From positions 4,157-68,156 of the forward strand of contig JBAMLO010000049.1 of assembly GCA_039793485.1 (NCBI GenBank): DNA of 64,000 nucleotides, written 5' to 3'. This stretch comes from Nitrososphaera sp. (GTDB taxonomy: Archaea > Thermoproteota > EX4484-205 > JAAOZO01). Made by a program: the position numbers and the translations under genes. Of this stretch, positions 10,086 through 19,573 are shown piece by piece. Positions within the stretch are counted from its first letter, which is position 1, and each line of letters opens with the position of its first letter. The notes under the pieces are model-generated. The model saw only the letters and a list, made by a program, of their open reading frames with translations. It did no database searches and was not told the DNA's origin.

Positions 10086-10820
10086 ATGAAAAAAGCAACT
10101 TTAGTTGTAATTGGCGGCAGTGGAACTTCGGACTTGTTTCCACTAGAAGAAAGCGAGGAAGTAAGTACTCCCTATGGAAAAAGTCTTGTTTATTGGGTGC
10201 GTGTTGCGGGCAGGGATGTGGCTTTTATCAGTAGGCATGGTCTAGCGCACAGTCTTCCTCCTCATAAGGTGAACTATAGGGCGAACATATACACTGCTAA
10301 GCAGTTAAGTGATAATGGTTATGTTGTAGCAACTAACGCCGTAGGGTCGTTGAACAAGAGAATGCGTCCCGGGGAGCTAGTTCTTGCAGATCAGGTTATA
10401 GATTTTACGAAGGGGCGAACTTACACCTTTTTTGATGGTGCTAATGGAAAAGTTGTTCATACTGACGTAACCTTTCCCTTTTCTAGTTTGCTTACTTCAA
10501 AGATACTAATGGCTTCTAAAAAATTGGGTCTAAGAATACACCCTAAGGGAACTTATGTTTGCACGGAAGGACCACGGTTTGAAACAGCTGCAGAAATAAA
10601 GATGTTCAAGAAAATTGGAGGCGATTTAGTTGGAATGACCTTAGTTCCAGAAGTTTTTCTTGCAAAAGAATTAAGTCTTGAGTATGCATCGATTTGCATT
10701 GTAACAAATTGGGCTGCTGGAATTGCAAAAAAAGTTTCTAGTGAAGAGGTTTTACAGGTAATGAAAAATCTTGCTCCAAAGTTAAAGTTGCTGTTAGAAG
10801 AAACCATAAAACTTATTTAA
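10086..10820 (+). CDS. mtnP: MTAP-family purine nucleoside phosphorylase, probably S-methyl-5'-thioinosine specific
   Basis: IGGSG, RHG..H..PPHKVNYRAN, EGPRFETAAE, VGMT, VTNWAAG. Confidence 0.9.
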   Translation: MKKATLVVIGGSGTSDLFPLEESEEVSTPYGKSLVYWVRVAGRDVAFISRHGLAHSLPPHKVNYRANIYTAKQLSDNGYVVATNAVGSLNKRMRPGELVLADQVIDFTKGRTYTFFDGANGKVVHTDVTFPFSSLLTSKILMASKKLGLRIHPKGTYVCTEGPRFETAAEIKMFKKIGGDLVGMTLVPEVFLAKELSLEYASICIVTNWAAGIAKKVSSEEVLQVMKNLAPKLKLLLEETIKLI

Positions 10821-10842
10821 GACGAAAAATTAAAAATATTCC

Positions 10843-12171
10843 ATGGGTCTGGTAATAAAAAATGGCATCGTACTAACAGGAGAAAAAATAATTAGCGAAG
10901 GAGTTGTCGTTGTAGAAGATGACACTATTGTTGATGTTGGGGACGAAAATCTTATCTCCAAGTATTCTTCTTACGAAAAGTTAGATGCGAAAGGATGCAT
11001 AGTAATGCCTGGTATGATAAACACGCATACGCACGCAGCAATGTCTGTTCTAAGAGGGTACGCTGAAGATTTACCGCTTCACGAGTGGTTACAGAATAAA
11101 ATTTGGCCAGTCGAAGCTAAACTAACACCAAAAGATATTGAACTGGGTGCGACTCTTGGAGCATATGAGTCGCTCTTGTTTGGAGTAACTACTTTAAATT
11201 CAATGTACTTTTATTCAAAGGAAGCAAGCGAGGCTCACGCTTTCGCTAAAGTTGGCATTCGAGCCGTCGTTGGCCATGGCATCTTTGAGACTACTAAAGA
11301 TACTGGGTTCAAGTTAACAGAAGAGCTTACCAAAACATGGCATGGTTATGATAAAGGAAGAATAAGGGTAAGTGTTGATCCCCATGCGCCCTATACAGTG
11401 GGCCCAGGTACGTTTAAAGAGTCAGTTAATCTAGCTAATGAACTTAATGAAAAATATCATGAAAAGGGCAAGATACTTGTTCATACACATGTTGCAGAAT
11501 CTTTTCAGGAGGCTGAATCTATAAAAAAGAACTTTAACGTTAACTTCGATGGTGGTGTTGTGAACTATCTCAACAACTTAGGCATCCTCTCGCCAAACCT
11601 TATAGCGGCTCACATGGTTCATGTTTCAGATGAAGAAATTAGTTTGTTGGCAAAAAACAACGTAAAAGTCTCTCTAAACTTAGTTTCTAACCTAAAGCTT
11701 GGCATGGGCGTTGCTCCGTACTTAAAGCTTAGGGATTTTGGAGTTGTAACTAGCTTAGGAACGGACAGCGCTGCTTCAAATAATGCTCTGGACATTCTAG
11801 AGTCAGCTAAGCTTCTCGCATTACTCTATAGGGGGCTTACACGAAAAGCAGATGCGGTTAAGTCTTATGAAGTTTTTAAGTTAATGACGGTCGAGGGTGC
11901 CAAGGCTTTGTGCTGGGAAAATGAAATCGGAAGGCTAGAGAAAGGATACAAAGCAGACATAGTTGTCTTAAGTTTGAAGAAAGTAAATGCGACCCCTCTT
12001 TATGATCCTTACGCGCATCTAATTTTTTCAGCTAAATGCAACGACGTGCTACACGTATTCGTAAACGGAAAGCAACTTGTTCAAAATGGATCAATAGTTG
12101 GATTAAACTACGAAGAATTCTTTAAAGAAGTAAATAAGCTAAAAGACAAGATTATCTCCATGTCGAGCTAA
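10843..12171 (+). CDS. mtaD: Amidohydrolase, 5'-methylthioadenosine/S-adenosylhomocysteine deaminase-like
   Basis: PGMINTHTH, PHAPYT, HTHVAES, AAHMVH, LGTDSAASNN; co-oriented with mtnP. Confidence 0.85.
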   Translation: MGLVIKNGIVLTGEKIISEGVVVVEDDTIVDVGDENLISKYSSYEKLDAKGCIVMPGMINTHTHAAMSVLRGYAEDLPLHEWLQNKIWPVEAKLTPKDIELGATLGAYESLLFGVTTLNSMYFYSKEASEAHAFAKVGIRAVVGHGIFETTKDTGFKLTEELTKTWHGYDKGRIRVSVDPHAPYTVGPGTFKESVNLANELNEKYHEKGKILVHTHVAESFQEAESIKKNFNVNFDGGVVNYLNNLGILSPNLIAAHMVHVSDEEISLLAKNNVKVSLNLVSNLKLGMGVAPYLKLRDFGVVTSLGTDSAASNNALDILESAKLLALLYRGLTRKADAVKSYEVFKLMTVEGAKALCWENEIGRLEKGYKADIVVLSLKKVNATPLYDPYAHLIFSAKCNDVLHVFVNGKQLVQNGSIVGLNYEEFFKEVNKLKDKIISMSS

Positions 12172-12173
12172 GT

Positions 12174-12386
12174 TTAAACTTCTTTTATCTTATTCTCCTT
12201 CCTTAACTCTTCCAATACGGAGTACAGCTCCCAGAGATGGCAGTTAACTTCTTTCCAAATTTCTCCGCTCCTAGCAGTTCTTTTAGCTTTTATTACATTA
12301 AGCACTTTTCTCTTTAACTCGTCTTTGTCCTGAGTTACAACCATGTCAAGATGAGGCCCAACAACTATTGGTTCTTCGTTACTCAT
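12174..12386 (-). CDS. Small winged-helix-like hypothetical protein
   Basis: 70 aa with a helix-turn-helix-like pattern (RSGEIWKEVNCHLWELYSVLEELRKENKI). Confidence 0.55.
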   Translation of the reverse strand: MSNEEPIVVGPHLDMVVTQDKDELKRKVLNVIKAKRTARSGEIWKEVNCHLWELYSVLEELRKENKIKEV

Positions 12387-12529
12387 GTTAACTTTTCTAG
12401 TAAATGAAAGTCGAGTATGCTTTTTAAGCTTTTTATTTTCATTTTCGTGTTGCTTGTTATATTAATTAAAATAAAGTTTTACTGTTCTTTTATTGGCCAA
12501 AAAGTTAATAAAGTCTACCCTCTCTTTAG

Positions 12530-12742
12530 GTGGTAGCAATGTCTCAAGAAGAAAAGAAGGAGGAAAAAGAAACAAGCTACATAACAAAATCTGCTGTAAG
12601 AGAATTCTTCAAGCAAAAGAACAAAAGAGTTGCTGAAGATGCTCTTGATGCTCTTAACAAGCAAGTAGAAGCATTACTTGCTAAAGCTGCAGAAAGGGCA
12701 GAAATGAACAAGAGAGCGACGATACAACCACAGGACTTCTAA
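12530..12742 (+). CDS. Histone-fold protein, short face-to-face/DUF1931-like type (likely start ATG 12539)
   Basis: KRVAEDAL..L..AAERA..NKRATIQPQDF: histone fold ending at the RxTxxxxD motif. Confidence 0.85.
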   Translation: MVAMSQEEKKEEKETSYITKSAVREFFKQKNKRVAEDALDALNKQVEALLAKAAERAEMNKRATIQPQDF

Positions 12743-12806
12743 ACCCTACAATAAAGTTCGATGAATAAATTTTTATTTTTGCATATCAGGTTGTTCTTCG
12801 GTCAAC

Positions 12807-13601
12807 TTGTCTCCAAACTTTTGCCCTGAGCCAGAAGGAAATGAAGGTAAAGTCAAAGCAGTAGTACTTGCTGGAGGCGAGGGCTTACGGCTAAGGCCGC
12901 TAACCTATTATTTTCAAAAATGTATGGTTCCAATAGGCTCTAAACAAAAACCTCTATTAGAGTATGTTATTCGGTTGCTAAAGTACCACAACATAACAGA
13001 AGTATGTATTCTTGCTGGGTATAAGGCAGATCAAATAGAAAATTACTTTGATGATGGAAGCAGATTTGGTGTAAAAATAACTTACGTTCTCGACGCTCCA
13101 AACATGAAGGGCACTGCATGTGCTTTATTGAATGCATACTTAGCTGGTGCTTTAAGTGAAAACGACCTATTACTAATTTACTATGGAGATATCTTAACAA
13201 ACCTAAACATCAAAGAGGTTTTGAATTATCACAAAGAAAAGAAGGCAACAGCAACGGTTGTGCTTTCTATGAACTATCCTATACAAGTAGGAACGGCTGA
13301 ACTTTCAAATGATTTTCGCATAGTTAAGTTCATTGAAAAACCAGACCTAAAAGTTCCAGTCAGCATAGGAGTCTTAGTTTTAAGTGGTAAGATCCTTACG
13401 TACTTAAGGCAGATGTGGAACGGAAGTCACTGTGATTTAGATCTTATGCGTGATTTAATTCCTTTCCTTATTTCTAAGAACGAAAATGTCTTTGGCTTCA
13501 TAACTTCCTCTTTTTGGTACGATGTGGGAACTACTGAGAAATATGAGAAACTTTCTAACTACACGATAGAAAAGGAACTAAGTTTTCTTTTCTATCGCTA
13601 G
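12807..13601 (+). CDS. Sugar-phosphate nucleotidyltransferase (NTP_transferase family)
   Basis: AVVLAGGEGLRLRPLT, YGDIL, FIEKP, WYDVGT. Confidence 0.9.
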   Translation: MSPNFCPEPEGNEGKVKAVVLAGGEGLRLRPLTYYFQKCMVPIGSKQKPLLEYVIRLLKYHNITEVCILAGYKADQIENYFDDGSRFGVKITYVLDAPNMKGTACALLNAYLAGALSENDLLLIYYGDILTNLNIKEVLNYHKEKKATATVVLSMNYPIQVGTAELSNDFRIVKFIEKPDLKVPVSIGVLVLSGKILTYLRQMWNGSHCDLDLMRDLIPFLISKNENVFGFITSSFWYDVGTTEKYEKLSNYTIEKELSFLFYR

Positions 13602-13665
13602 ATTTTTGATTCTCTAAAATATTTTTAACCTTAATTTCTAAGATAGACGTGAAGGTGAGCAGTCT

Positions 13666-14052
13666 CTGAGATACATTCGTGACTATAGACTAGAAACGGT
13701 GTTGAGCAAAATTATAAGAGATCTTGAGTTACATTATATTCGTCCAGAAAGGGTTCGCGTTGTTAGAAGCAGGGGTAGTCATTCGATAGGCACCGTAGCA
13801 AGAATTCATGGGTTACCAAAATGCGTCCAAGTTGGCTTAGGGCTCGAACCAAGCTATGTAATCGAGATAATAGACGAAAAATTCAATTCTTTAAACAAAC
13901 AACAGAAAATTAGAGTTCTGATACACGAACTTCTTCATATTCCGAGTAATTTTGGGGGTGGGGTTTTAGCCCATGCTCGAAAAAACTTTTCAAAACTTGA
14001 GGAACTTTATTTTTCAAAACTTGAGGATACTTTAGATTCGTATCAACTTTGA
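13666..14052 (+). CDS. Putative zinc metallopeptidase (archaeal HEXXH family); probable CTG start at 13666
   Basis: HELLH motif, RSRGS..ARIHGLP, YVIEI; GGTGA RBS at 13654-13658; ORF track starts at GTG 13699. Confidence 0.7.
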   Translation: MRYIRDYRLETVLSKIIRDLELHYIRPERVRVVRSRGSHSIGTVARIHGLPKCVQVGLGLEPSYVIEIIDEKFNSLNKQQKIRVLIHELLHIPSNFGGGVLAHARKNFSKLEELYFSKLEDTLDSYQL

Positions 14053-14129
14053 ACTTTTAAGGCTTTTGATCTAAAGTAGGAGTTTAGCAAAAGAGTTAAA
14101 TTTAGGCTAGGTGGAACCTCTTGTAGGAA

Positions 14130-14786
14130 GTGGAAATGGTAAGGATTGAGTGGTTGGGGCATGCTTGCTTCTTCATTCAACACGAACAAACTAAAATTGT
14201 AGTAGACCCCTTTGAAACTTCTTCTGGTATTCGTTATCCAAAGATCGATAAAGTTGCCAATTACGTATTGGTTTCGCATGAGCACTTTGACCATAACAAC
14301 GTTAAAGTTGTTAAAGGTAATCCAAAAATCATAAGGTCTCCCACAGAGCTAGCAGAAGACGGAGTAAAAATAAAAGGTGTTCCTGAATTTCATGATAAAT
14401 CAATGGGAAAAGAGAGAGGAAAAATTACTGTGTTCAAGATCTCTTTGGGTGGTATAGATATTGTTCATTTAGGAGATCTTGGCGAAGTTCCAAGTTCGGA
14501 ATTCAAAAATAAAATAGGTAACGTAGACGTACTATTAGTTCCTGTTGGTGGTACTTACACTATAAATTCGGAAGAAGCGGATGAAGTTGTGAAATTGCTT
14601 AATCCTAAAGTAGTTATACCTATGCATTACAGAACAGAATACCTTGATTTTCCAATAGATGGTGTTGAGAAATTCTTGAAGAATAAGACAAATGTAAAAA
14701 GGTTTGAAACTAATTGGGTAGAAATAACTAAAGCCGAACTTCCAGACAAGCAAACAATATATTTGCTTGCTCCGCCTAAAAAATAA
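14130..14786 (+). CDS. MBL-fold metallo-hydrolase
   Basis: WLGHACF, SHEHFDH, HLGDLG, PVGG, IPMHY. Confidence 0.9.
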   Translation: MEMVRIEWLGHACFFIQHEQTKIVVDPFETSSGIRYPKIDKVANYVLVSHEHFDHNNVKVVKGNPKIIRSPTELAEDGVKIKGVPEFHDKSMGKERGKITVFKISLGGIDIVHLGDLGEVPSSEFKNKIGNVDVLLVPVGGTYTINSEEADEVVKLLNPKVVIPMHYRTEYLDFPIDGVEKFLKNKTNVKRFETNWVEITKAELPDKQTIYLLAPPKK

Positions 14787-14860
14787 GTCGAAAGTTCATA
14801 TTAACGTAAGCACAGCCCAAAAAATTCGCTGAAATTATGATGAGTTCGGAGTAGGTAGTT

Positions 14861-16597
14861 ATGAAGACTTCTCACGAATTAAAACAACTTCATGTCTTCA
14901 GTTTCCTGTTTAGCTGCACTAAAAAGCTAAGATTTAGTTTCGTTTTAGTCCCGTTTCTTTTTCTGTTTTTCTTCCTCTTTTCACCAAGTTATCAAGTTAA
15001 AGTTAATTACTACAATACTTCTTTTTGGGATCTCTCTTCCGTTAACAAGCCAACAAATTTTTCACTTGGGACTTGGAGAGTTGTTGATGGCGTAGAAGTT
15101 GCAGAAGTAAACTATACCAGCGAAATCTATGGAGGAGAAAAAGTGGTAATAAATGGCTACATAGCAAGACCGTTTCAAGAAGGCGTTTTTCCGGCTATCC
15201 TTCTAATGCATGGCTCTTATGGTACAGCAGACTCGATGCTACCCTTTGCAATTGAACTTGCAAAAAGAGGCTACGTTGCATTATCGATCTCTGGCCCCGG
15301 TCAAGGAAAGTCAACTGGCCCATCAGAATCTAACGAAAATAGGCTTAACTTGTCCAGTTCTCCCTATTTTTCGTACTACTACCGCCTAACTTATTCTGCG
15401 TTACGCGGAGTAACCTTACTTTTAGAGTTGCCTTTTGTTAACAAGTCTGCTGTTGCAGTGTGTGGTGCCTCTCAGGGAGGCCTCGAATCCATCTGGATTG
15501 CTGCTCTCGACAAAAGAATAAGAACAAGCGTTCCTGTAGTTGCTGGAGGCGATTTTCCTTACTTAATATCAAGCGGATCTCTTGCTTTGGGGCATATTCC
15601 AAAAAATGAAAGTGCGTCTTCTCAAAAGGCTTTGAAGCTAGCTGAATTTTTTGACCCAATAGGCTATGCTAAAGAAATAAAAGTTCCAATACTTTTTTTA
15701 GTTGGTACTTCTGATGAGTTCTTTCCGTTTTTTAGCTTCAATGAAACATACTCTTCTATCAACAGCATAAAATCAATAGATATGCTTCCAAACGTTGGCC
15801 ACTTTAAGGTGCAAGCTGCTTGGGTTAACTCGGCGCTTATATGGTTTAATTACTGGTTAAAAAATGAAGGTCGTTTACCAAGTGTAAGTATCTTGAGTTA
15901 TAAAGTTGAGAAAGACAAAGTAGAGATAAATGTTGCTGGCAACAATGTAGATTCTGTTGTAGTTAACTACAGGTACGATATGCCTTGGGATCGGTGGAAA
16001 ACCAAGAAGCTTGAGGTAAAAAGCGGCTTCTTTTCGGGTTATGTTGAAAAACCTCTCTTTGGTTCATTGTACTTTTACGCTGGAGGCATAGTAAATGGAG
16101 AACAAGTAGTATCTTCAGAAGTAAGAGCTGTGAAGAGTTCCATCTTTGATTCTTTTGTATTTCTGCTCTTTATTTTTTCTTTGGTAACTCCTCTGTTTCT
16201 AGTGGTAATAAGTCTTGGTTTAGATTGGTTTGCATCATTTCAAAGAGGGTTAATATTCTTTTTCAACTGGCTTTCTTACTTTCTTCCGATAATAGTCGTG
16301 TCCAAGGCAGTACCTCTTACAGTTTGGACTTTCTTTAGAACCTATGAGCTTCATATTCCGCAACTCGTTTCTCTCTTGTTCGTTCTATCCTTTTTCATAT
16401 TGCTCCTTTTTTCTTCAATTTCTGATTTGAACCTAATCCTCTCGCTACTTACAACTTTTACAATTAGTTTGGTATTTTACTTAGCTGTAAGCAACTTGCT
16501 TGGAAACTACGTTGAAATCATCCCAAGCTCCGCAATCCTCTTTCAATTACTTTGTCTCATTATAGTTTCCCTTGAAACTAAGTTTAGAAAGGATTAA
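14861..16597 (+). CDS. Exported, membrane-anchored alpha/beta hydrolase (acetyl xylan esterase-like)
   Basis: N-terminal hydrophobic segment, LLMHG, GASQGG nucleophile elbow, Asp (SDEFF) and His (GHF), several C-terminal TM helices. Confidence 0.75.
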   Translation: MKTSHELKQLHVFSFLFSCTKKLRFSFVLVPFLFLFFFLFSPSYQVKVNYYNTSFWDLSSVNKPTNFSLGTWRVVDGVEVAEVNYTSEIYGGEKVVINGYIARPFQEGVFPAILLMHGSYGTADSMLPFAIELAKRGYVALSISGPGQGKSTGPSESNENRLNLSSSPYFSYYYRLTYSALRGVTLLLELPFVNKSAVAVCGASQGGLESIWIAALDKRIRTSVPVVAGGDFPYLISSGSLALGHIPKNESASSQKALKLAEFFDPIGYAKEIKVPILFLVGTSDEFFPFFSFNETYSSINSIKSIDMLPNVGHFKVQAAWVNSALIWFNYWLKNEGRLPSVSILSYKVEKDKVEINVAGNNVDSVVVNYRYDMPWDRWKTKKLEVKSGFFSGYVEKPLFGSLYFYAGGIVNGEQVVSSEVRAVKSSIFDSFVFLLFIFSLVTPLFLVVISLGLDWFASFQRGLIFFFNWLSYFLPIIVVSKAVPLTVWTFFRTYELHIPQLVSLLFVLSFFILLLFSSISDLNLILSLLTTFTISLVFYLAVSNLLGNYVEIIPSSAILFQLLCLIIVSLETKFRKD

Positions 16598-16630
16598 AAA
16601 TAAAAAATTTATTAAACAAAGTATTTTTTC

Positions 16631-17017
16631 TTAGCTAACTTCGTCTGAAAAGCTTATCTCAATTTTTCCATATTCTAAAGTTCTTGAGTTAATTGTAATT
16701 TTGTGCGTTCCGGGCTGCAGTCCTCCCTCCTTTCTCACGATAAACGTTACTTCATCGCCTATATCAAAAGGCATACTTCTTGTTTCTAGTTCCTTTACAC
16801 TAAATTCGTTCTCCCCCTTTCTTATTGAAACTAATTCTGGTTCAATTGGTGTTTCATCTACTAATATGTTTAGTGTTCCCTTTATCGTTCCGGATCCTAA
16901 GTTGTTTCTTAGTTTAAACGAATAGCCCTTTATCTGGTCTCCCTCCTTTATGTTCTGCAGACTGCCTTTTACGTAAAGTTGTCTCAACATGAACGATGGT
17001 ATCATGTTTTCACACAC
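16631..17017 (-). CDS. Conserved hypothetical beta-rich protein
   Basis: IPSFMLRQLYVKGSLQN N-terminus and a predicted beta-sandwich-like pattern. Confidence 0.7.
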   Translation of the reverse strand: MCENMIPSFMLRQLYVKGSLQNIKEGDQIKGYSFKLRNNLGSGTIKGTLNILVDETPIEPELVSIRKGENEFSVKELETRSMPFDIGDEVTFIVRKEGGLQPGTHKITINSRTLEYGKIEISFSDEVS

Positions 17018-17124
17018 CGATTTATGTCTAAGGTGCTAAGTAAGATAAATACTTTTCCTTTTCAAAGCAAGCATACTAAACGCAAAAATAAAAAACTGAG
17101 TGAAAAATTCTAGAGTTAAATCTT

Positions 17125-18168
17125 TTAAAAACAGTACTTTTTCTCGAATTCTCTTACAGCTGATTCTATGCTTTTTTGGCTTGGAGTTTTCTTGAAGCCA
17201 AAGTTGCATATTTCGCTAACGGCTCCATACTCTCCTTTTCTCACAGAATACTTCACTGCGCGAATCACATCGAGTAGTACGTTGGTAGCGTTTGGGGCAT
17301 CTTCTGTAGTCAGTAATAAGTCGATAGTGTACTTCTTTCCCAGAAGTCCCTCAGCCTCAAACCAAAAGTGGCTTACTCTCCTATTTTTCATAAATTCTAC
17401 GTAGTCTGTAGTTCCGGTAACAACTTCATATGAGTCTCCAACTTCTGAAACGATTGCGTTTGTTTTTATATTCTTTTTTAGTTCTTTAAGGTCTTCGTCC
17501 ATAGTGTTCAGACTTTCCAGGCCTCCACCAACATCGACTTGGTAACTCTTTACTGCTGAGATTCCTCTAAGTTTCATGAAGTTCAGTATTCCTCTATGTA
17601 ATGCTGTTCCTCCAAATTGGCTCATTAAGTCATCTCCAACAACAACAAGCCTTCTTTCTTCAAATTTTTTTGCAATTGTTGGATTACTTGCTATCGTAGA
17701 AGGCGTAGCATTTACTAAAGAAACTCCTACATTTAACGCTTGTTCTGCGTAAGCTTCAGAAGTTTTCTGCAAACCACTTGATATTGTGAGAAGAAGTATT
17801 TCTGCGCCGGAGTCTGCAAGAACTTTGCCTATATTTTCTGGGGTTTCTGTTTTCGCAATTCTTAGTTTGTCTTTTGCAAAATAAGAGATTTCATCTAGCA
17901 AAATTCCTCTTCGCACTCTTACCTCTTCCCCTACTGTTATGCCACTTAAATTTACAACATTTGGTTCTGTTGTAGCTGCTTCGTTGAGTGGTTTTCCAAT
18001 TTTTCTTTCATCTATGTCAAAAGCAGCTACGATCTCTATATCTTTTACTGCTATGCCCCCTACTTTTTGATGCCATATTCCCTCAGGTTCATCCTTTAGG
18101 CTTAACGTCTTAAGAAGGTAAGCGATACTGTTTCCTACCCCCGCAACTGCAACCTTAACTTTTTCCAT
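17125..18168 (-). CDS. Myo-inositol-1-phosphate synthase family protein, divergent
   Basis: VAVAGVGN Rossmann motif, VAAFDIDERKIGK, VNATP, GDDxxSQ, D.PN. Confidence 0.8.
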   Translation of the reverse strand: MEKVKVAVAGVGNSIAYLLKTLSLKDEPEGIWHQKVGGIAVKDIEIVAAFDIDERKIGKPLNEAATTEPNVVNLSGITVGEEVRVRRGILLDEISYFAKDKLRIAKTETPENIGKVLADSGAEILLLTISSGLQKTSEAYAEQALNVGVSLVNATPSTIASNPTIAKKFEERRLVVVGDDLMSQFGGTALHRGILNFMKLRGISAVKSYQVDVGGGLESLNTMDEDLKELKKNIKTNAIVSEVGDSYEVVTGTTDYVEFMKNRRVSHFWFEAEGLLGKKYTIDLLLTTEDAPNATNVLLDVIRAVKYSVRKGEYGAVSEICNFGFKKTPSQKSIESAVREFEKKYCF

Positions 18169-18325
18169 AGCATCAGATGGACTTTTAATGGTTTTAAATC
18201 TTAACTCTTTTCTCTTTGGACCTAAAATTAAGTACTCTAAAGCAACCTGTGTTTTGGAGAATTTAAAGTTATAGTTAACGGAAAGTACTGAAAGTTTTTA
18301 TTTTTCTATTTTTCCTTTACAAGGC

Positions 18326-19522
18326 ATGAGCTTTATCGAAAGTTTAGAAAAAATTAGAGCAAAACCTAAAAAAAGGATAGTTGGCCTCATGTCGGGAACT
18401 TCTGCTGACGGTGTTACTGCTTCATTGGTTGAAGTTGAAGGGAACTACACAGGTACGAAGGTGAACCTAATAAATTATCACACTTATCCGTATGATGAGC
18501 ATGTAAGAGCACTAATTTTTGAGTTGTTTGACCCAAAGAAAAGTAACGTTGAGAAGATATGTGAAGCCAACTTTCTGTTGGGAGAAGTTTTTGCTAAAGC
18601 TGCTGTTGAAATAGTTAAAGATTCAAAATTAAACCTAAATGAAATTGACCTTATTGGTTCTCATGGTCAAACAATTTATCACATGCCTAAGGGAAAGCTG
18701 GTAAGGAAGTCAACACTACAGATAGGCGAATTAGCTGTAATCGCAGAAAGAACAGGAATAACAACAGTAGGAGACTTTAGGAAAAGAGATATAGCTGTTG
18801 GCGGCGACGGCGCACCACTTGTTCCTTATGTGGACTTCATACTTTTTAGAAGTGATAAAAAAAGCATAGTCATTCAGAACATTGGGGGAATTTCAAACTT
18901 AACGTTCTTGCCTTCTGGGTGCAGTGAAGAAGAAGTTGTTGCGTTTGATACTGGACCGGGAAACATGGTTATTGACTATCTTGTCAAAAAGTATACTTCT
19001 GGAAAACTTAACTACGATGTTGACGGCCAAATCGCATCTAGAGGTGAAGTTAGTAAAGAGCTTTTGAACTACTTTATGAGCAACGAATACTTTAGCATTC
19101 CTCCTCCAAAGTCAACAGGTAGAGAAGTTTTTGGTTCACATTTTGCTGAAAGCTTTGCTCTTCAAGGAGAAAAACTTGGCTTAAAGAAAGAAGATATAAT
19201 TGCAACAGCCACAGCTCTTACTGCTGAGTCGATAGTAAAGTCATACGAAGACTTTATTTTAAGCAAGGAAACCATAGACGAAGTCTACGTAGCAGGAGGT
19301 GGGCTAAAGAACAAGGCTCTAATCAACATGATAAGAAAAAGATTGCCCCAAATTCCCGTTCTTCCCTTTGATGTTCTAGGCTTTCCATCGGAAGCTCGAG
19401 AGTCAGTATACTTTGCAATTCTTGCCAACGAATTTATCCATGGCAATAAGACAAATCTGCCGAGTGCAACAGGAGCCAGTAAGAAGGTTTTACTTGGAAC
19501 TTTAGTGCCTGGAAATTTCTAA
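18326..19522 (+). CDS. anmK: Anhydro-N-acetylmuramic acid kinase
   Basis: GLMSGTSADG, SHGQTIYH, DFR..D.A.GGDGAPLVP, NIGGISN, FDTGPGN, PPKSTGRE. Confidence 0.92.
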   Translation: MSFIESLEKIRAKPKKRIVGLMSGTSADGVTASLVEVEGNYTGTKVNLINYHTYPYDEHVRALIFELFDPKKSNVEKICEANFLLGEVFAKAAVEIVKDSKLNLNEIDLIGSHGQTIYHMPKGKLVRKSTLQIGELAVIAERTGITTVGDFRKRDIAVGGDGAPLVPYVDFILFRSDKKSIVIQNIGGISNLTFLPSGCSEEEVVAFDTGPGNMVIDYLVKKYTSGKLNYDVDGQIASRGEVSKELLNYFMSNEYFSIPPPKSTGREVFGSHFAESFALQGEKLGLKKEDIIATATALTAESIVKSYEDFILSKETIDEVYVAGGGLKNKALINMIRKRLPQIPVLPFDVLGFPSEARESVYFAILANEFIHGNKTNLPSATGASKKVLLGTLVPGNF

Positions 19523-19573
19523 AGAACAGCACAACAAAAGACTTTTTAAATACAAGTTCTTATTATTAAAACG

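Noticed and set aside
14829-14867. CTGA..ATGATGA as a C/D box sRNA
   Set aside because: No properly spaced terminal box C and box D pair
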